Source of the DNA: Candidatus Aminicenantes bacterium
GTDB lineage: Bacteria; Acidobacteriota; Aminicenantia; Aminicenantales; JAFGBC01
DNA length: 64,000 nt
Direction: 5' to 3'
Assembly (NCBI GenBank): GCA_963702005.1
Contig: OY969696.1
Location: 4,245,362 to 4,309,361, forward strand
The notes beneath the pieces were generated by a model that was not told the DNA's origin, did no database searches, and saw nothing but the letters and a program-made list of their open reading frames with translations. Below are positions 30,307-40,546 of the stretch, piece by piece (position 1 is the first letter of the stretch; each line of letters begins with the position of its first letter). Made by a program: the position numbers and the translations under genes.

Positions 30307-31314
30307 CTAAAAGACTCGCCCATCCGCTTGTCGCGGCGGGCGCTTGGGCGTTTCGATCCCGTGCCGTTTCATAAGCTTAAACAGGCCCTGGCGGGTGATG
30401 CCCATCTCGGCGGCGGTCCGCTTCTTGTTGAAGTCGAAACGTCGCAGAGCCTGGCGGACGAACCGCCTCTCGAACTCGGCCCGGGCCGCCGAGAGGTTGA
30501 AAGGATCCGGCGGGGACGGCTCCTCGGGCGGCCGGAAGCGCGGCGAGAGGCAAGCCTCGCCGATGACCGGATCGTCGCCCATAAAAACGAGGCAGCGTTG
30601 GATCTCGTTCTGAAGCTCCCGGACGTTCCCGGGCCACGAATAAGCGGCCAACCGCTCCAGGGCCAGCGGGGACAGGACGGTCCGGCCCCGGCCCGTCTCG
30701 CGGCCGTAACGCTCCAGAAAATGCTCGGCCAGAAGGGGAATATCCTCTTTCCGATCCCGGAGGGGCGGGACCTCGACAACGATAATCCGGATCCGGTAAA
30801 GGAGGTCCTCCCGGAAGGCACCGGCCGCGACCTCGGCCTCGAGGTCCTTGTGCGTTGCGCTCAGGAAGCGGACCGCGACCGGGCGCGGACGGTTCTCCCC
30901 GACCCGCCGAACTTCTTTTTCCTGGAGGACGCGGAGGAGCTTGGCCTGAAGGGGAAGGGACAGGTCGCCGATCTCATCCAGGAAGAATGTCCCGCCGCCC
31001 GCCTCCTCGATGAGTCCGGCTTTATCGCGCCAAGCTCCGGTGAAGGCGCCCCGGGCGTGCCCGAACAGCTCGCTTTCGAGCAAGGGGTCGGGAATGGCCC
31101 CGCAGTTGACGGCGACGAACCGGCCGCCCCCGAGGTGGATGGACCGGGCGACGAGCTCCTTCCCGGTCCCGCTCTCGCCGACGATGAGGACGGCAGCGCC
31201 GTGACCCCGGATTTTCTCGATCAGGGCCCGGATGCGCCGGCTGGCCGGACTCTCCCCGATCAGGCGGAAGCCGCTCTCCTCGCCGGACTCAACCGAACCG
31301 TCCCGGTCGTTCAC
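30307..31314 (-). CDS. sigma54-dependent enhancer-binding protein (AAA+ and Fis HTH; no sensory domain)
   Basis: GESGTGKE, ESELFGH.RGAFTGA, FLDEIG, WPGNVREL, C-terminal HTH. An in-frame TGA lies just upstream. Confidence 0.92.
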   Translation of the reverse strand: MNDRDGSVESGEESGFRLIGESPASRRIRALIEKIRGHGAAVLIVGESGTGKELVARSIHLGGGRFVAVNCGAIPDPLLESELFGHARGAFTGAWRDKAGLIEEAGGGTFFLDEIGDLSLPLQAKLLRVLQEKEVRRVGENRPRPVAVRFLSATHKDLEAEVAAGAFREDLLYRIRIIVVEVPPLRDRKEDIPLLAEHFLERYGRETGRGRTVLSPLALERLAAYSWPGNVRELQNEIQRCLVFMGDDPVIGEACLSPRFRPPEEPSPPDPFNLSAARAEFERRFVRQALRRFDFNKKRTAAEMGITRQGLFKLMKRHGIETPKRPPRQADGRVF

Positions 31315-31432
31315 ATCGTTATGAACGGACGCCCCGCCTCTTTTTTCTCAGACGGCCGCCGGGTTCTCTCCGGCCGCCGCCCGCGTTGACATTCCCCGGC
31401 CCGCTGAGCTAAGGTTCTCCAAGAGGTAATCC

Positions 31433-33192
31433 ATGGACTCTCAACGCACCGCAACCCGACGCATCCGCGCCCTCGCCCTCTCGGCGGCGGCCGCCGCCTG
31501 TCTCTGGTCGGCCGCCCTTCCAGCCTTCTCCCAGAACGGCCGGCCCGCGCGCACCCAATGGCTCCAGGACGCCAAGTTCGGGCTCTTTATCCACTGGGGA
31601 GTCTATTCCCTGATCGGCCGGGAAGAATGGGCCCGCCAGCTCCTCCAAATCCCCCTCCGCGAATACGACGAGATGGCGGCCGAGTTCAACCCGGCCAAGT
31701 TCAACCCGGACGAGTGGGTCGCCTTGGCCAAGGAGGCCGGCGTCGGTTATATCGTCATCACTTCCAAGCATCATGACGGATTCTGCATCTTCGACAGCCA
31801 GCTGACCGACTTCGACATCATGAACACGAAGTACGGCAAGGACGCCTTGGGGATGCTGGCCGAGGCTTGCCGGCGGCAGAAGATCCGCTCGGCTTCTACT
31901 ACTCAATTATGGACTGGCACCACCCCGACTATCTTCCCCGCCGGACCTGGGAGACGGACCGGCCGGTCAAGGACGCCGACTTCGGCCGCTACGTTGAGTA
32001 TCTGAAAGGCCAGGTCGAGGAGCTCGTCACCAAGTACGACCCGGCCGTCCTCTGGTTCGACGGCGGCTGGGAGCACCCCAGCGCCGAGTTCAAGGCGGAC
32101 GACGTCGAGGCGCTTCTTCTCAAGCTCAAGCCCGATATCCTCATCAACGACCGCCTCTTCAACGGGGAGCCGGGCCGGGGCGACTTCGGGACGCCCGAAA
32201 ATTACGTCCCGGCCACCGGGCTCCGGAACCAGGACGGCAGCCCCCGCTTCTGGGAGGCCTGCGCTACGATGAACTTCAACGGTTGGGGCTATAACCATTA
32301 CGAGACCGAGTTCCACAGCGCAACCCAGCTCATCCGCCAGTTGATCGAAATCGCCAGCAAGGGCGGGAACCTCCTCCTCAACGTCGGGCCGACGCCGGAC
32401 GGCACCATCCAGCCCGAATTCCAGGCCCGTCTGCGCCGGATGGGAGAATGGCTCAAAACGAACGGGGAGGCCGTCTACGGGACGACGGCGAGCGTCTTCG
32501 ACCGGCTCCCCTTTTTCGGCCGCTGCACGGTCAAAGGGAATCGGCTCTATATCCACATCATGGGCTGGCCCGAGGACAAGCGGATCCGGCTGCCCGGCCT
32601 TAGGACATTCCTGCGGCGGGTGTCGTTCCTGGCCCAGCCCGGCCGCGAGCTCAACTACCGGCGCTACGGGAAGGATATCGTCATCGTCCTGCCCGACAAG
32701 CCGCTCGACCCGGACGCGACCGTCATCTGCGTCGACCTCCAAGGACCGCCCCAGGTCGATCCCTACGAGATCCGGCCCGGCGACGGCGGCCGGATCGAAC
32801 TCCCGGTGACCCTGGCCGACCTACGCTCCCAGATGGGCCAGCGCGCCTACCTGGACTTCTTCTACCGGACGACCATGCTCGCCAACTGGCAGAACATCAA
32901 CGACTACCCGGAGTGGGAGTTCTTCGTCGAAAAAGAGGGAAGCTACGAGGTCCAGGCGTCCTACGCCTGCGGGGGCGAGCGGGGAACCTCGTTCGCCGTC
33001 GAGATCGACGACGGGACCGAAATCCCGGCCGTCGTCCGGAGCTCGCCGAGCCTCTACTTCCCCCAGATTTTTTCCCTTGGCTCGGTCGAACTCAAAGAAG
33101 GCAAACACAGCCTCCGCCTCAAGATCAAATCCATCGTCGCCACCAACGCCCTGAGGCTGGAGAAGGTCGTTCTCCTGCCGCTCTCGCGTTAG
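31433..33192 (+). CDS. Alpha-L-fucosidase (GH29) with C-terminal CBM-like domain; frameshifted at ~31885
   Basis: WLQDAKFGLFIHWG and TSKHHDGF in the first frame; LGFYYS..DW, LWFDG and GGNLLLNVGP in the second. One missing C joins them (K-I-P-L-G-F). Confidence 0.88.
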
Positions 33193-33201
33193 CAAACCCA
33201 T

Positions 33202-33631
33202 AGAATCAGCGTTTCGAGAGGGCTTTGAAAGCGGTCCTCGCTCGCTCGTTCCGGTCCAGACTGCATAAGCCGCTCGTCATTCTCGGACAGGCTCAGCCGA
33301 TGGGGTTCGAAGGACGCAAAATTGTCCCAGCGAGCCAATTTCGCTCCGACTCGGGGTCTCGCTCCCGATTTGGGGACAAACGCTGATTCTCTTAAATCGA
33401 TAATGTGTCCCCAAATCAGACCATGCCCGCTCGACCCCTCGACGGCCTTCTCCACCCCATCAGCATCGCCTGTTTTCCCAATTATTGTTCATGCCCGCTC
33501 GGTCTCTCCTACGGCCTTCTTCACCATCCTCCCCTCGACCTTCCTCTCAAATCTCCGGACCATATGATATCCCCTCCAAGAGACCTTCTCCTGGTCGCTC
33601 CAGACCGCTTTCAAAGCCTTCTTCCAGAAAT
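33202..33631. repeat. Composite intergenic repeat / MITE-like region, copy B
   Basis: Perfect 16-bp IR GGCTTTGAAAGCGGTC (33221-33236 / 33603-33618); IR AGAATCAGCGTTT (33202-33214 / 33378-33390); IR GATTTGGGGACA (33367-33378 / 33406-33417). Segments are shared with 1811-1910 and 56794-56896. Confidence 0.75.
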
Positions 33632-33706
33632 GATCAAGGCTATTCCGTGAACGTTGCCGACGCCAATCCTTAACATTGAGCCGGCGGCCGGGATATACTC
33701 ATCTGG

Positions 33707-34231
33707 ATGAACGATCAGGAGAAAACCCTGGTGGAGATGGTCCTGGCCGGCAACTCGGACGCCTTCGAGCCCCTGGTCCGGCCCTACCGGAATGACCTCA
33801 TCCGCCTGGCTTACCGGATGACCCGGAACTGGGAGGATGCCCACGAAGCCTCCCAGGAGACCCTTCTCCGCGCCTTCCGCTATCTGGCCCGGTTCGACAC
33901 GGCCCGGAGCTTTAAGAACTGGCTCCTGGGCATCCTGGTCAACGAGGCCCGGAAGGCCGCGCGGAAAAGGCCGCGCACCGTCGCCCTGGCCGAGACGGCG
34001 GAGACATCGCTCCCGGCCGACCAGGAGAGGAAGCATGAGGAGCGGGTTTTCCGGGACCGCCTCCGCGCCTGCCTGGACGGGCTGAGCCGCAGCCAGAGGG
34101 AGGTCTTCATCCTCCGCGACCTCGAGGACCGGGATGTCCGGGAGACGGCCCGGATCCTGAGCACCAGCGAGCTTGCGGTCCGCGTCCATCTGTCGCGGGC
34201 CCGGAAAAGGATCAAGGAGATGCTGACATGA
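33707..34231 (+). CDS. ECF sigma factor (sigma70 family)
   Basis: AFEPLV, DA.EASQETLLRAF, FKNWL, region 4 'QREVFILR...V.VHLSRAR'. Confidence 0.93.
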   Translation: MNDQEKTLVEMVLAGNSDAFEPLVRPYRNDLIRLAYRMTRNWEDAHEASQETLLRAFRYLARFDTARSFKNWLLGILVNEARKAARKRPRTVALAETAETSLPADQERKHEERVFRDRLRACLDGLSRSQREVFILRDLEDRDVRETARILSTSELAVRVHLSRARKRIKEMLT

Positions 34232-34908
34232 CCTGCCGTAAAGTCCGAAAGCTCCTCCCCCTCGCCGCGGGCGGGGACCTTCCCGAAGCCAAGTCCCGGA
34301 AGGTCGCACATCACCTCAAGAGCTGCCCGGCCTGCCGGGCCGAGCTCGAGGCCTACAAGTTCGTTTTAGACCGGGCCCGCGAGCTCGATCTCGGCGGAGA
34401 GACGGGCCGCTCCTGGGACGAAGCGGCCTGGGCGAAGGCCGTCCGCAAGGCCGTTAAGCAGGAAGGCGCGCCCGCCGCGGTCCGGTCCAAGCTCGTCTTG
34501 CGGCCGGTCGTCGTAGCGGTCGTGGGGGCGGTTCTCATCGTCGCCGCCGCTCTCCTCATCGTCAACATCCGCCATTCGCTCCGGTCCCGGGAAGTCCTGG
34601 AGGCCCGGACGGAGGAAGTTAAACACGATGTCCCCGCAGAGGTCGAACATAAGCTGGAGCCTTCGCCCGTACCCGATTCTCAAACGACCGTCAATCCCAA
34701 CAAGAAAAAAGAACCGGAAGCGCCGATCCTGGCGGCCGGGAGGATCAAGCCGTCGCCCGCTCCGATCGATAGGGCCCTGACCGGAGCCGCCGCGCCGGCG
34801 CCCCCCGCCCAGGACATCGTCTCGGCCACGTTTGTTTCCCAGGAGACCGGACTCAAGATTGTCTGGTTCTTCGACAGGAATTTCGATTGGAAAGGAGAAA
34901 AGAAATGA
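34228..34908 (+). CDS. zf-HC2 membrane anti-sigma factor
   Basis: C...HLKSCPAC, one TM helix, ATGA overlap with the sigma gene. Confidence 0.88.
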   Translation: MTCRKVRKLLPLAAGGDLPEAKSRKVAHHLKSCPACRAELEAYKFVLDRARELDLGGETGRSWDEAAWAKAVRKAVKQEGAPAAVRSKLVLRPVVVAVVGAVLIVAAALLIVNIRHSLRSREVLEARTEEVKHDVPAEVEHKLEPSPVPDSQTTVNPNKKKEPEAPILAAGRIKPSPAPIDRALTGAAAPAPPAQDIVSATFVSQETGLKIVWFFDRNFDWKGEKK

Positions 34909-35646
34909 AAAGGATTTTCGTTATCTTCGTTGCTGTTTTAATCCTCGGCGCGGCCTTGGCGCCTCTCCAGGCCCAGGAGGCCGGTGCAACCAAGTTTAAG
35001 ACTGAAATGGTCCGGCTCAAATACCTCAATGCGGGTCAGATCATGGCGTTGATCCGACCCTATGAAAGCCGGGAAGCCTCCCTTGGGGCCGAAGACGGGG
35101 AGGCCAAGCTCTTGGTCATCCGTGACTATCCCGAATTCGTCGACAAGATCCTGGCTGTGATCAAGGAGATTGACGTCAAGCCGGCCGACATCATGTTCAC
35201 CGCCCAACTCGTCCTCGGCTCCTCGGTCCCTGGCGACAAGTCCGACGAGTCCCTCCAGAACGACCCCGTTCTCAAGGAGCTCAAGGGATTCCTGCCCTAC
35301 CGGAGCTTCAACCAGCTCGACGCCAACCTCATCCGGACCATCGACAACGAGCGCGCCCAGATGACCCTGGGTAAGCGCGCCGAATTCGAGTTAAGACTCA
35401 GACTAAAATACACCAAGGACGTCGAGAACGGAATACATCCAGATCGATCTTGAGCTTGTTCTTCTTAAGATACTCGCGGGAGAGGATGGCAACCCGCAAC
35501 TCATCCCCACCCAAGGAGGTTCTCAATCTCTGATCCAGACAAGAATGACCATCAAATCGGGCGAGAAGACCGTCGTCGGCGTCTCCAAGCTCGACGGCGG
35601 CGACAAGGGGCTGATCCTGATCCTGAGCGCGAAAGTCATCAAATAG
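34905..35646 (+). CDS. Secreted secretin-N/NolW-like domain protein; frameshifted at ~35430
   Basis: Signal peptide, 'VRLKYL.A', 'IKEIDV.P'. Continues in another frame as EYIQIDL...IKSGEKTVVGVSKLDGGDKGLILILSAKVIK*. Confidence 0.7.
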
Positions 35647-35667
35647 CGACGCGCTGAACAATTCCGG

Positions 35668-35713
35668 GGACACACGACTTATCTCCCGAGGTAAGTCGTG
35701 TGTCCTTTTTTTT
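35668..35713 (+). terminator. Intrinsic terminator (GGGGACAC-type palindrome)
   Basis: 14-bp stem GGACACACGACTTA/TAAGTCGTGTGTCC followed by T8. Confidence 0.8.
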
Positions 35714-35723
35714 GGCTTTTCTG

Positions 35724-35935
35724 CCGTTTTCGGGAGTCTCCCACAGCGATGAATACCGCCCTGAAGCCCCCCGTAGCGGAAGGGGACCAGTTGTTTTTAC
35801 CACTAGGGAACCGCCGCACTCACGGAACCTGAAACAATACTCACGCAAAAAGCCCAAGAACACATTAAGGGTTCCGTGAGTACAGGGGGCCGGGGGGAGA
35901 GGGGTGGTATTCATCGCTGCGTTTCCCGAAAACGG
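35724..35935. ncRNA. Candidate structured RNA or non-autonomous element
   Basis: Nested perfect stems: 35724-35735/35924-35935, 35744-35757/35906-35919 and 35818-35829/35870-35881, plus imperfect stems. Confidence 0.5.
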
Positions 35936-35950
35936 GAGAAGAACCGAGAC

Positions 35951-38074
35951 TCAGGCGTTGCGGTGGGAGACCGACTTGGACAAGGACTTGATCCGCTTGG
36001 GGAGGTCGCGAAAGTCCGGATCCCACTTTTCGACCTCGCGGAACAGGGTCAGGGCCTTGTCCTTTTCGCCCATGTCCAGGAAGAGGCAGGCCAGCTGGTA
36101 CTTCAGGGTGAATTCGGAACGATCGCCGTCCCTGGACAGGGCCAGGGCTTTTTCGATCCAAGCCCGGGCTTCCTCGAACTCGCCCTTCTGGGCATAGCAC
36201 TGCCCGATCAGGCTGAAGCAGTCGAGGGCCCGGCTGTTGTCGTGGGAAGCTATCTGAAATTCGTCGACGGCCACTTCCCACAACCCCTGCTCGAGGTAGG
36301 CGACACCGAGGTTATAATGGAGCTCGTAGTTGTCCTGGTCGGTCCGCTGGGCGATGGCCTTGCGGAAAGCCCGCAGGATGTCCGTCAGGTCCTTCTCGTA
36401 AGCTCCCATATCCCCCTCGGACTGCTGCTCGAGGAGGATCTCGATCATCTCCAGCTCGACGACGGCCTGGAGGCGGATGTCGAAGTATTTGAAGGAGATG
36501 GCTTTTTCGGGCGGTTCGGGGAGAACCCCCGTGTCCATGAAGATCTCGCTGGCGTCGACCTTGTCGCCGTCGTCGACGACCCGGCTGGTCACCCGGGGCG
36601 GCTCGGGGACGGTGAGACGGACCTCCTTGGCCTTGGCCTTCTCGACCCGCTCCTGGAGCTCGTCCTCCGCGACCGGGACGGGCGTTTCCATCTTCTCGAT
36701 GAGTTCCAGTTTCTCCGAAATCCGGGGATCGTCCGTGAAATGAAGGCGGAGGTTCTCCAGAATCCGTTTCGCGTTCCGGATGAGCCCCTGCTCGAGATAG
36801 AGCTCGGCGGTCGCGATGCCGGACTGAACGGCCTCCTCGTCCTCCTTGGCGACCGGGACGACATCCTCCTCGGAGGCGGGCTGTTCCCCGATGAAGCCGA
36901 ACTCCCGGCGCAGCGACTTGTACTCCTTGACGATGTCCTTGTCCTCGGGACAGAGGGCGGTCAGCTCGGAGAGGACGAACATCATCTTCTCCTTGAGCTT
37001 TTTGTCCTGCGCCTCCTGGAGGATCATCCGGTAGACGACTTCGAGGCGTTTTTTCTGGCCGGCCGCCTTGTAAATGGAGGCGAGCTTCTCCAGGGTCGGG
37101 AGATGGGCCTTCTTGTGGACTGCGATCAGACCGAGCAAGCCGATCGCCTTGTCTTCTTTCTGCCTTTTGAGAAGGCTGGTGATAAGGGGCTCGAAGGCTT
37201 CCAGGGCCTCGTCGAGCTTGTCCAAGCCGATCCGGGCCTTTCCCAGCTTAACGCGGGCGTTGACGTCCGCGGGCTTCTCGTTCGAGATCCGGTCGAAGAT
37301 CTCCTCGGCCTTCTTGAAACTGTTGTCCTCGAGATGAAGCTCGCCCAGGAGGCTCCACAGCTCCGGGTTCGACTTGTCCTTCTTGACGGCGTCCTCGACC
37401 AGGCTCAAAGCCTCTTTCCGCTTGCCGCGCTTGATGAAGATCCCCATCAGGTTGGCGACGGTCCGCGGGAAGCTCTCCTTGAGCTCGCGGGCTTGGACGA
37501 GGAGACGGCCGGCCTCCTCATAGCGCTCGGCCGCGATCCAGTCCTCGGCCACGTCGTTGAGGGTCTCGAGAGCCTCGTTCACCATCTTGTTCTGGACGTA
37601 GAGGTCGGCGAGCTCGAGCCGCAGTTTGGGATCCTGGCGGTCAAGCTTGATCAGCCGTTCGTAGAGCGCGATCAGTTCCCGGAATTTCTTCTCGCGCTTG
37701 AGCCGGGCGGCCGCCCGGAGGTACTCGGCCTTGGCCTCTGCGGTGAAGTCCTGGCGCTCGTACATCTCGCCCATTTTCATGGCGGAGTCGACGTCGTCGG
37801 GTTTGAACTTGGAGATCTTCTTGTAGATGGCCAGGGCCTGGGAATATTGGCCCCGGTTTTCGTAGTCATCGGCCGCTTCCTTGAAGGCGGCCACGGCCCG
37901 CTCGGTTTGATCGATCTGGAGGAAGAGGTCGCCGATCGTGTTGTTGATGGAAACGTCGGGCGCGTCCCCCTCCAGGAGCTTGCGGTATTCGGCGATAGCG
38001 TCTTCGACCCGGCCGGCCCGGACATGCCGCTCGGCCAGCTCCATGACTTTCGCGCGGTCGATTTTCGGGTTCAT
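35951..38074 (-). CDS. Tetratricopeptide repeat protein
   Basis: Multiple TPR helices; C-terminal 'ELHYNLGVAYLEQGL' and 'YQLACLF'. Confidence 0.88.
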   Translation of the reverse strand: MNPKIDRAKVMELAERHVRAGRVEDAIAEYRKLLEGDAPDVSINNTIGDLFLQIDQTERAVAAFKEAADDYENRGQYSQALAIYKKISKFKPDDVDSAMKMGEMYERQDFTAEAKAEYLRAAARLKREKKFRELIALYERLIKLDRQDPKLRLELADLYVQNKMVNEALETLNDVAEDWIAAERYEEAGRLLVQARELKESFPRTVANLMGIFIKRGKRKEALSLVEDAVKKDKSNPELWSLLGELHLEDNSFKKAEEIFDRISNEKPADVNARVKLGKARIGLDKLDEALEAFEPLITSLLKRQKEDKAIGLLGLIAVHKKAHLPTLEKLASIYKAAGQKKRLEVVYRMILQEAQDKKLKEKMMFVLSELTALCPEDKDIVKEYKSLRREFGFIGEQPASEEDVVPVAKEDEEAVQSGIATAELYLEQGLIRNAKRILENLRLHFTDDPRISEKLELIEKMETPVPVAEDELQERVEKAKAKEVRLTVPEPPRVTSRVVDDGDKVDASEIFMDTGVLPEPPEKAISFKYFDIRLQAVVELEMIEILLEQQSEGDMGAYEKDLTDILRAFRKAIAQRTDQDNYELHYNLGVAYLEQGLWEVAVDEFQIASHDNSRALDCFSLIGQCYAQKGEFEEARAWIEKALALSRDGDRSEFTLKYQLACLFLDMGEKDKALTLFREVEKWDPDFRDLPKRIKSLSKSVSHRNA

Positions 38075-38080
38075 CGTCCC

Positions 38081-38704
38081 TTAGGAACCCAATTTTAAAT
38101 TAAAACTCGTCCGGTGAAAAGCGGTCGGTCCCCGTTCCCGGAGGGCCCGGTAATGGCCGGCCGTGCCGTAACCCTTGTTCCTGGCCAAGTCATACCCTAT
38201 GTACACCTTGTCCAAGAGCTCCAGCATCCCGTCCCGGACGACCTTGGCAATAATGGAGGCCGCCGCGATGGAGACGCTCTTGCGATCTCCTTGCGGGATA
38301 CCTTTCTGGGGATACTTTACATCCTTGAGGCTGAATCCGTCAACTAAAACTATATCGGGCGGCAGCGTCAATCCCTCGGCCGCCCTCCGCATGGCCAGCA
38401 GGGAGGCCCAGTAGATATTGATCCGGTCGATCTCGGTATGGGTGGCCAGCCCGATCCCGATCGACCGGGCGACCGCCGTGATCTCCGCGTAGAGGAAGCG
38501 TCGGCGGGCTGGGGTCAAAAGCTTGGAATCCCGGACGCCGGCGACCCAGGCCGGGGCGTCGTTCCCGCGCAGGGCTTCCAGGGGGAGGATGACGGCGGCG
38601 GCCACGACCGGGCCGAACAGGGCTCCGCGGCCCGCTTCGTCGATCCCGGCGATCGTCCGGCAGCCGCGGCGCAGATAGTCATCCTCGATGTCGAAGTCCG
38701 CCAT
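38081..38704 (-). CDS. rnhB: Ribonuclease HII
   Basis: AGIDEAGRG, DSK, IAAASIIAKV.RD, NKGYGT. Confidence 0.97.
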   Translation of the reverse strand: MADFDIEDDYLRRGCRTIAGIDEAGRGALFGPVVAAAVILPLEALRGNDAPAWVAGVRDSKLLTPARRRFLYAEITAVARSIGIGLATHTEIDRINIYWASLLAMRRAAEGLTLPPDIVLVDGFSLKDVKYPQKGIPQGDRKSVSIAAASIIAKVVRDGMLELLDKVYIGYDLARNKGYGTAGHYRALRERGPTAFHRTSFNLKLGS

Positions 38705-38714
38705 GTCGCGGCGA

Positions 38715-39056
38715 TCAGCGCTCTTCCTTGACCTTGGCCGCCTTTCCCTTCAGGTCGCGGAGGTAGTAGAGCTTGGCCCTGCGGACCTTGCCCTTGCGCA
38801 CGACCTCGAACCGCTTGACCATCGGGGAATGGACCGGAAAGATCCTCTCGATCCCGATGCCGAAAGAGAGCTTCCGGACGGTGACCGTGGCGCCGAGACC
38901 CGAGCCTTTCCGGGCGATGACTTCGCCCTTGTAGATCTGGATCCGCTCCTTGTCGCCTTCCTTGATGACGACATGGACTTTGACCGTATCGCCGATGCCG
39001 AAGGGCTCGAGGTCCTTCTTGAGCTGCTTGTCTTCGACGGCTTGAATCGCGTTCAT
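38715..39056 (-). CDS. rplS: 50S ribosomal protein L19
   Basis: [24 protein letters not shown]. Confidence 0.98.
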   Translation of the reverse strand: MNAIQAVEDKQLKKDLEPFGIGDTVKVHVVIKEGDKERIQIYKGEVIARKGSGLGATVTVRKLSFGIGIERIFPVHSPMVKRFEVVRKGKVRRAKLYYLRDLKGKAAKVKEER

Positions 39057-39790
39057 GACTTCTTCCTTTCCTTACGAATTTCCTCAAGGAGGACCCGGTC
39101 CGCGGCCGAAAGCGGCCGCTGTCCAATGAGGTCCGGCCTCAGCCCGAGCGTCTTGGCCAGGGCCTGCCGCCTCCGCCAGCGCTCGATCCTGGCGTGGTCC
39201 CCGGAAAAGAGGACATCGGGGACGTCCTGTCCCCGGAAGACGCGGGGCCGCGTATAATGGGGGCAGTCCAACAGCCCCTCGGCGAACGAGTCGTGAGCGA
39301 CCGACTCGGCTTTGCCCACGACGCCCGGCACGAACCTGGCCACGGCGTCGATGACAACCATGGCCGCCGGCTCGCCCCCGGTCAAGACGTAATCGCCGAT
39401 CGAAACCTCGGCAGTCGCCAGATGAAGGCCAACCCTCTCGTCGACGCCCTCATAGCGGCCGCAGATGAGAATGACCTGGCGACAGCCCGCCCAGGCCCGG
39501 GCCTGGTCCGAGCCGAACATCCTCCCCTGCGGTGAGAGGAGGACGACCGGCGCCTCCGGCGTTTCCCGGACCGCCTCGACGGCCTTGAAGACCGGCTCGG
39601 CCATCAGGACCATCCCTTCCCCGCCCCCGAAAGGCCGGTCGTCGACCTGGCGGTGCTTTCCTTCCGCTTGCGCCCGCAGGTCGTGGACCCGAATGTCGAG
39701 GAGGCCCTTTTCGGCGGCCTTCTTGAGAATGCCCGCCGCTAGGAATCCCCCGAACATCTCGGGGAAGATCGTGATTATATCAAATCTCAT
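39053..39790 (-). CDS. trmD: tRNA (guanine37-N1)-methyltransferase
   Basis: [33 protein letters not shown]. Confidence 0.98.
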   Translation of the reverse strand: MRFDIITIFPEMFGGFLAAGILKKAAEKGLLDIRVHDLRAQAEGKHRQVDDRPFGGGEGMVLMAEPVFKAVEAVRETPEAPVVLLSPQGRMFGSDQARAWAGCRQVILICGRYEGVDERVGLHLATAEVSIGDYVLTGGEPAAMVVIDAVARFVPGVVGKAESVAHDSFAEGLLDCPHYTRPRVFRGQDVPDVLFSGDHARIERWRRRQALAKTLGLRPDLIGQRPLSAADRVLLEEIRKERKKS

Positions 39791-40283
39791 TCAAATCCAA
39801 AAGGCCGTCCGGCACGTCGATCACGACCCGTTTTCCGGCGATGTCGATCTCCCGGCAGAACGTCCGGCTGAAGGGGACGAGGACGTCCCGTCCGTTCCTG
39901 TCGACCACGAGCTGGTCGTTGGCGGGGATGGTCCAGACGTCCTTGACGATCCCCACCTCCCGGCCGTCGACGGTGACGACGCGGCAGCCGACGAGCTGGT
40001 AATGATAATAAGCATCCGGCTCCGGAGGGGGCAAAGCCTCCTCGGGAAGAAAGACCGGGCACCCCGCCAGTCGCTCGGCCCCGTCCATCGAATCGATCCC
40101 CTTCAGTTTAAGCCTGGTGACGGCGCCCGGCGGCCCGAGAGCTTCAACCTGGAATTCCTCGTCCCGGTCCGCGATCCGGACGAACAGCGTCCGGAGCGAG
40201 CCCGCGTCCAGGGGGCCCTCCGGACGAAACTTGACTTCCCCTTTGTTCCCCCGACTCCCGACGATCGTCCCGATGCGGACCAA
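39780..40283 (-). CDS. rimM: 16S rRNA processing protein RimM
   Basis: IG.IV..RG.KGEV, YY.YQLVG, LVPF; conserved gene position. Confidence 0.93.
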   Translation of the reverse strand: MVRIGTIVGSRGNKGEVKFRPEGPLDAGSLRTLFVRIADRDEEFQVEALGPPGAVTRLKLKGIDSMDGAERLAGCPVFLPEEALPPPEPDAYYHYQLVGCRVVTVDGREVGIVKDVWTIPANDQLVVDRNGRDVLVPFSRTFCREIDIAGKRVVIDVPDGLLDLNEI

Positions 40284-40286
40284 TTA

Positions 40287-40520
40287 TCACTTTTCGATGA
40301 TCTCGAGGTTGAATCTCCTCTTGAGCTTCATCCCGGCCGCGCCCAGGAGGATCCGGATGGCTCGGGCCGTCCGTCCCTGCTTGCCGATGACCTTGCCCAA
40401 GTCTTCAGGGGCCACTTTGAGCTCCAGGATCGTCGTCTGTTCGCCCTCGAGCAGGGAGACAACGACCTTCTCCGGATTGTCGACGAGTGCTTTGGCAATC
40501 AATTCTACGAGTTCTTTCAC
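40287..40520 (-). CDS. khpA: KH-domain RNA-binding protein
   Basis: [13 protein letters not shown]; located between rpsP and rimM. Confidence 0.93.
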   Translation of the reverse strand: MKELVELIAKALVDNPEKVVVSLLEGEQTTILELKVAPEDLGKVIGKQGRTARAIRILLGAAGMKLKRRFNLEIIEK

Positions 40521-40546
40521 GGCGACCTCCTTTTAGAAGATTGAAC

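Noticed and set aside
33202-33631. Possible CRISPR array or small ORFs
   Set aside because: No regularly spaced direct repeats and no cas genes; the ORFs lack RBS or motifs and overlap the repeat modules.
35724-35935. SRP RNA (ffh is nearby) or retron msr-msd
   Set aside because: No SRP domain IV motif is recognisable and there is no reverse transcriptase in the window; kept only as an unclassified structured element.
35876-38098. 740-aa plus-strand ORF and similar long antisense ORFs (6940-9180, 17812-19923, 41032-42540)
   Set aside because: They mirror well-supported genes on the opposite strand, which is typical in GC-rich DNA.
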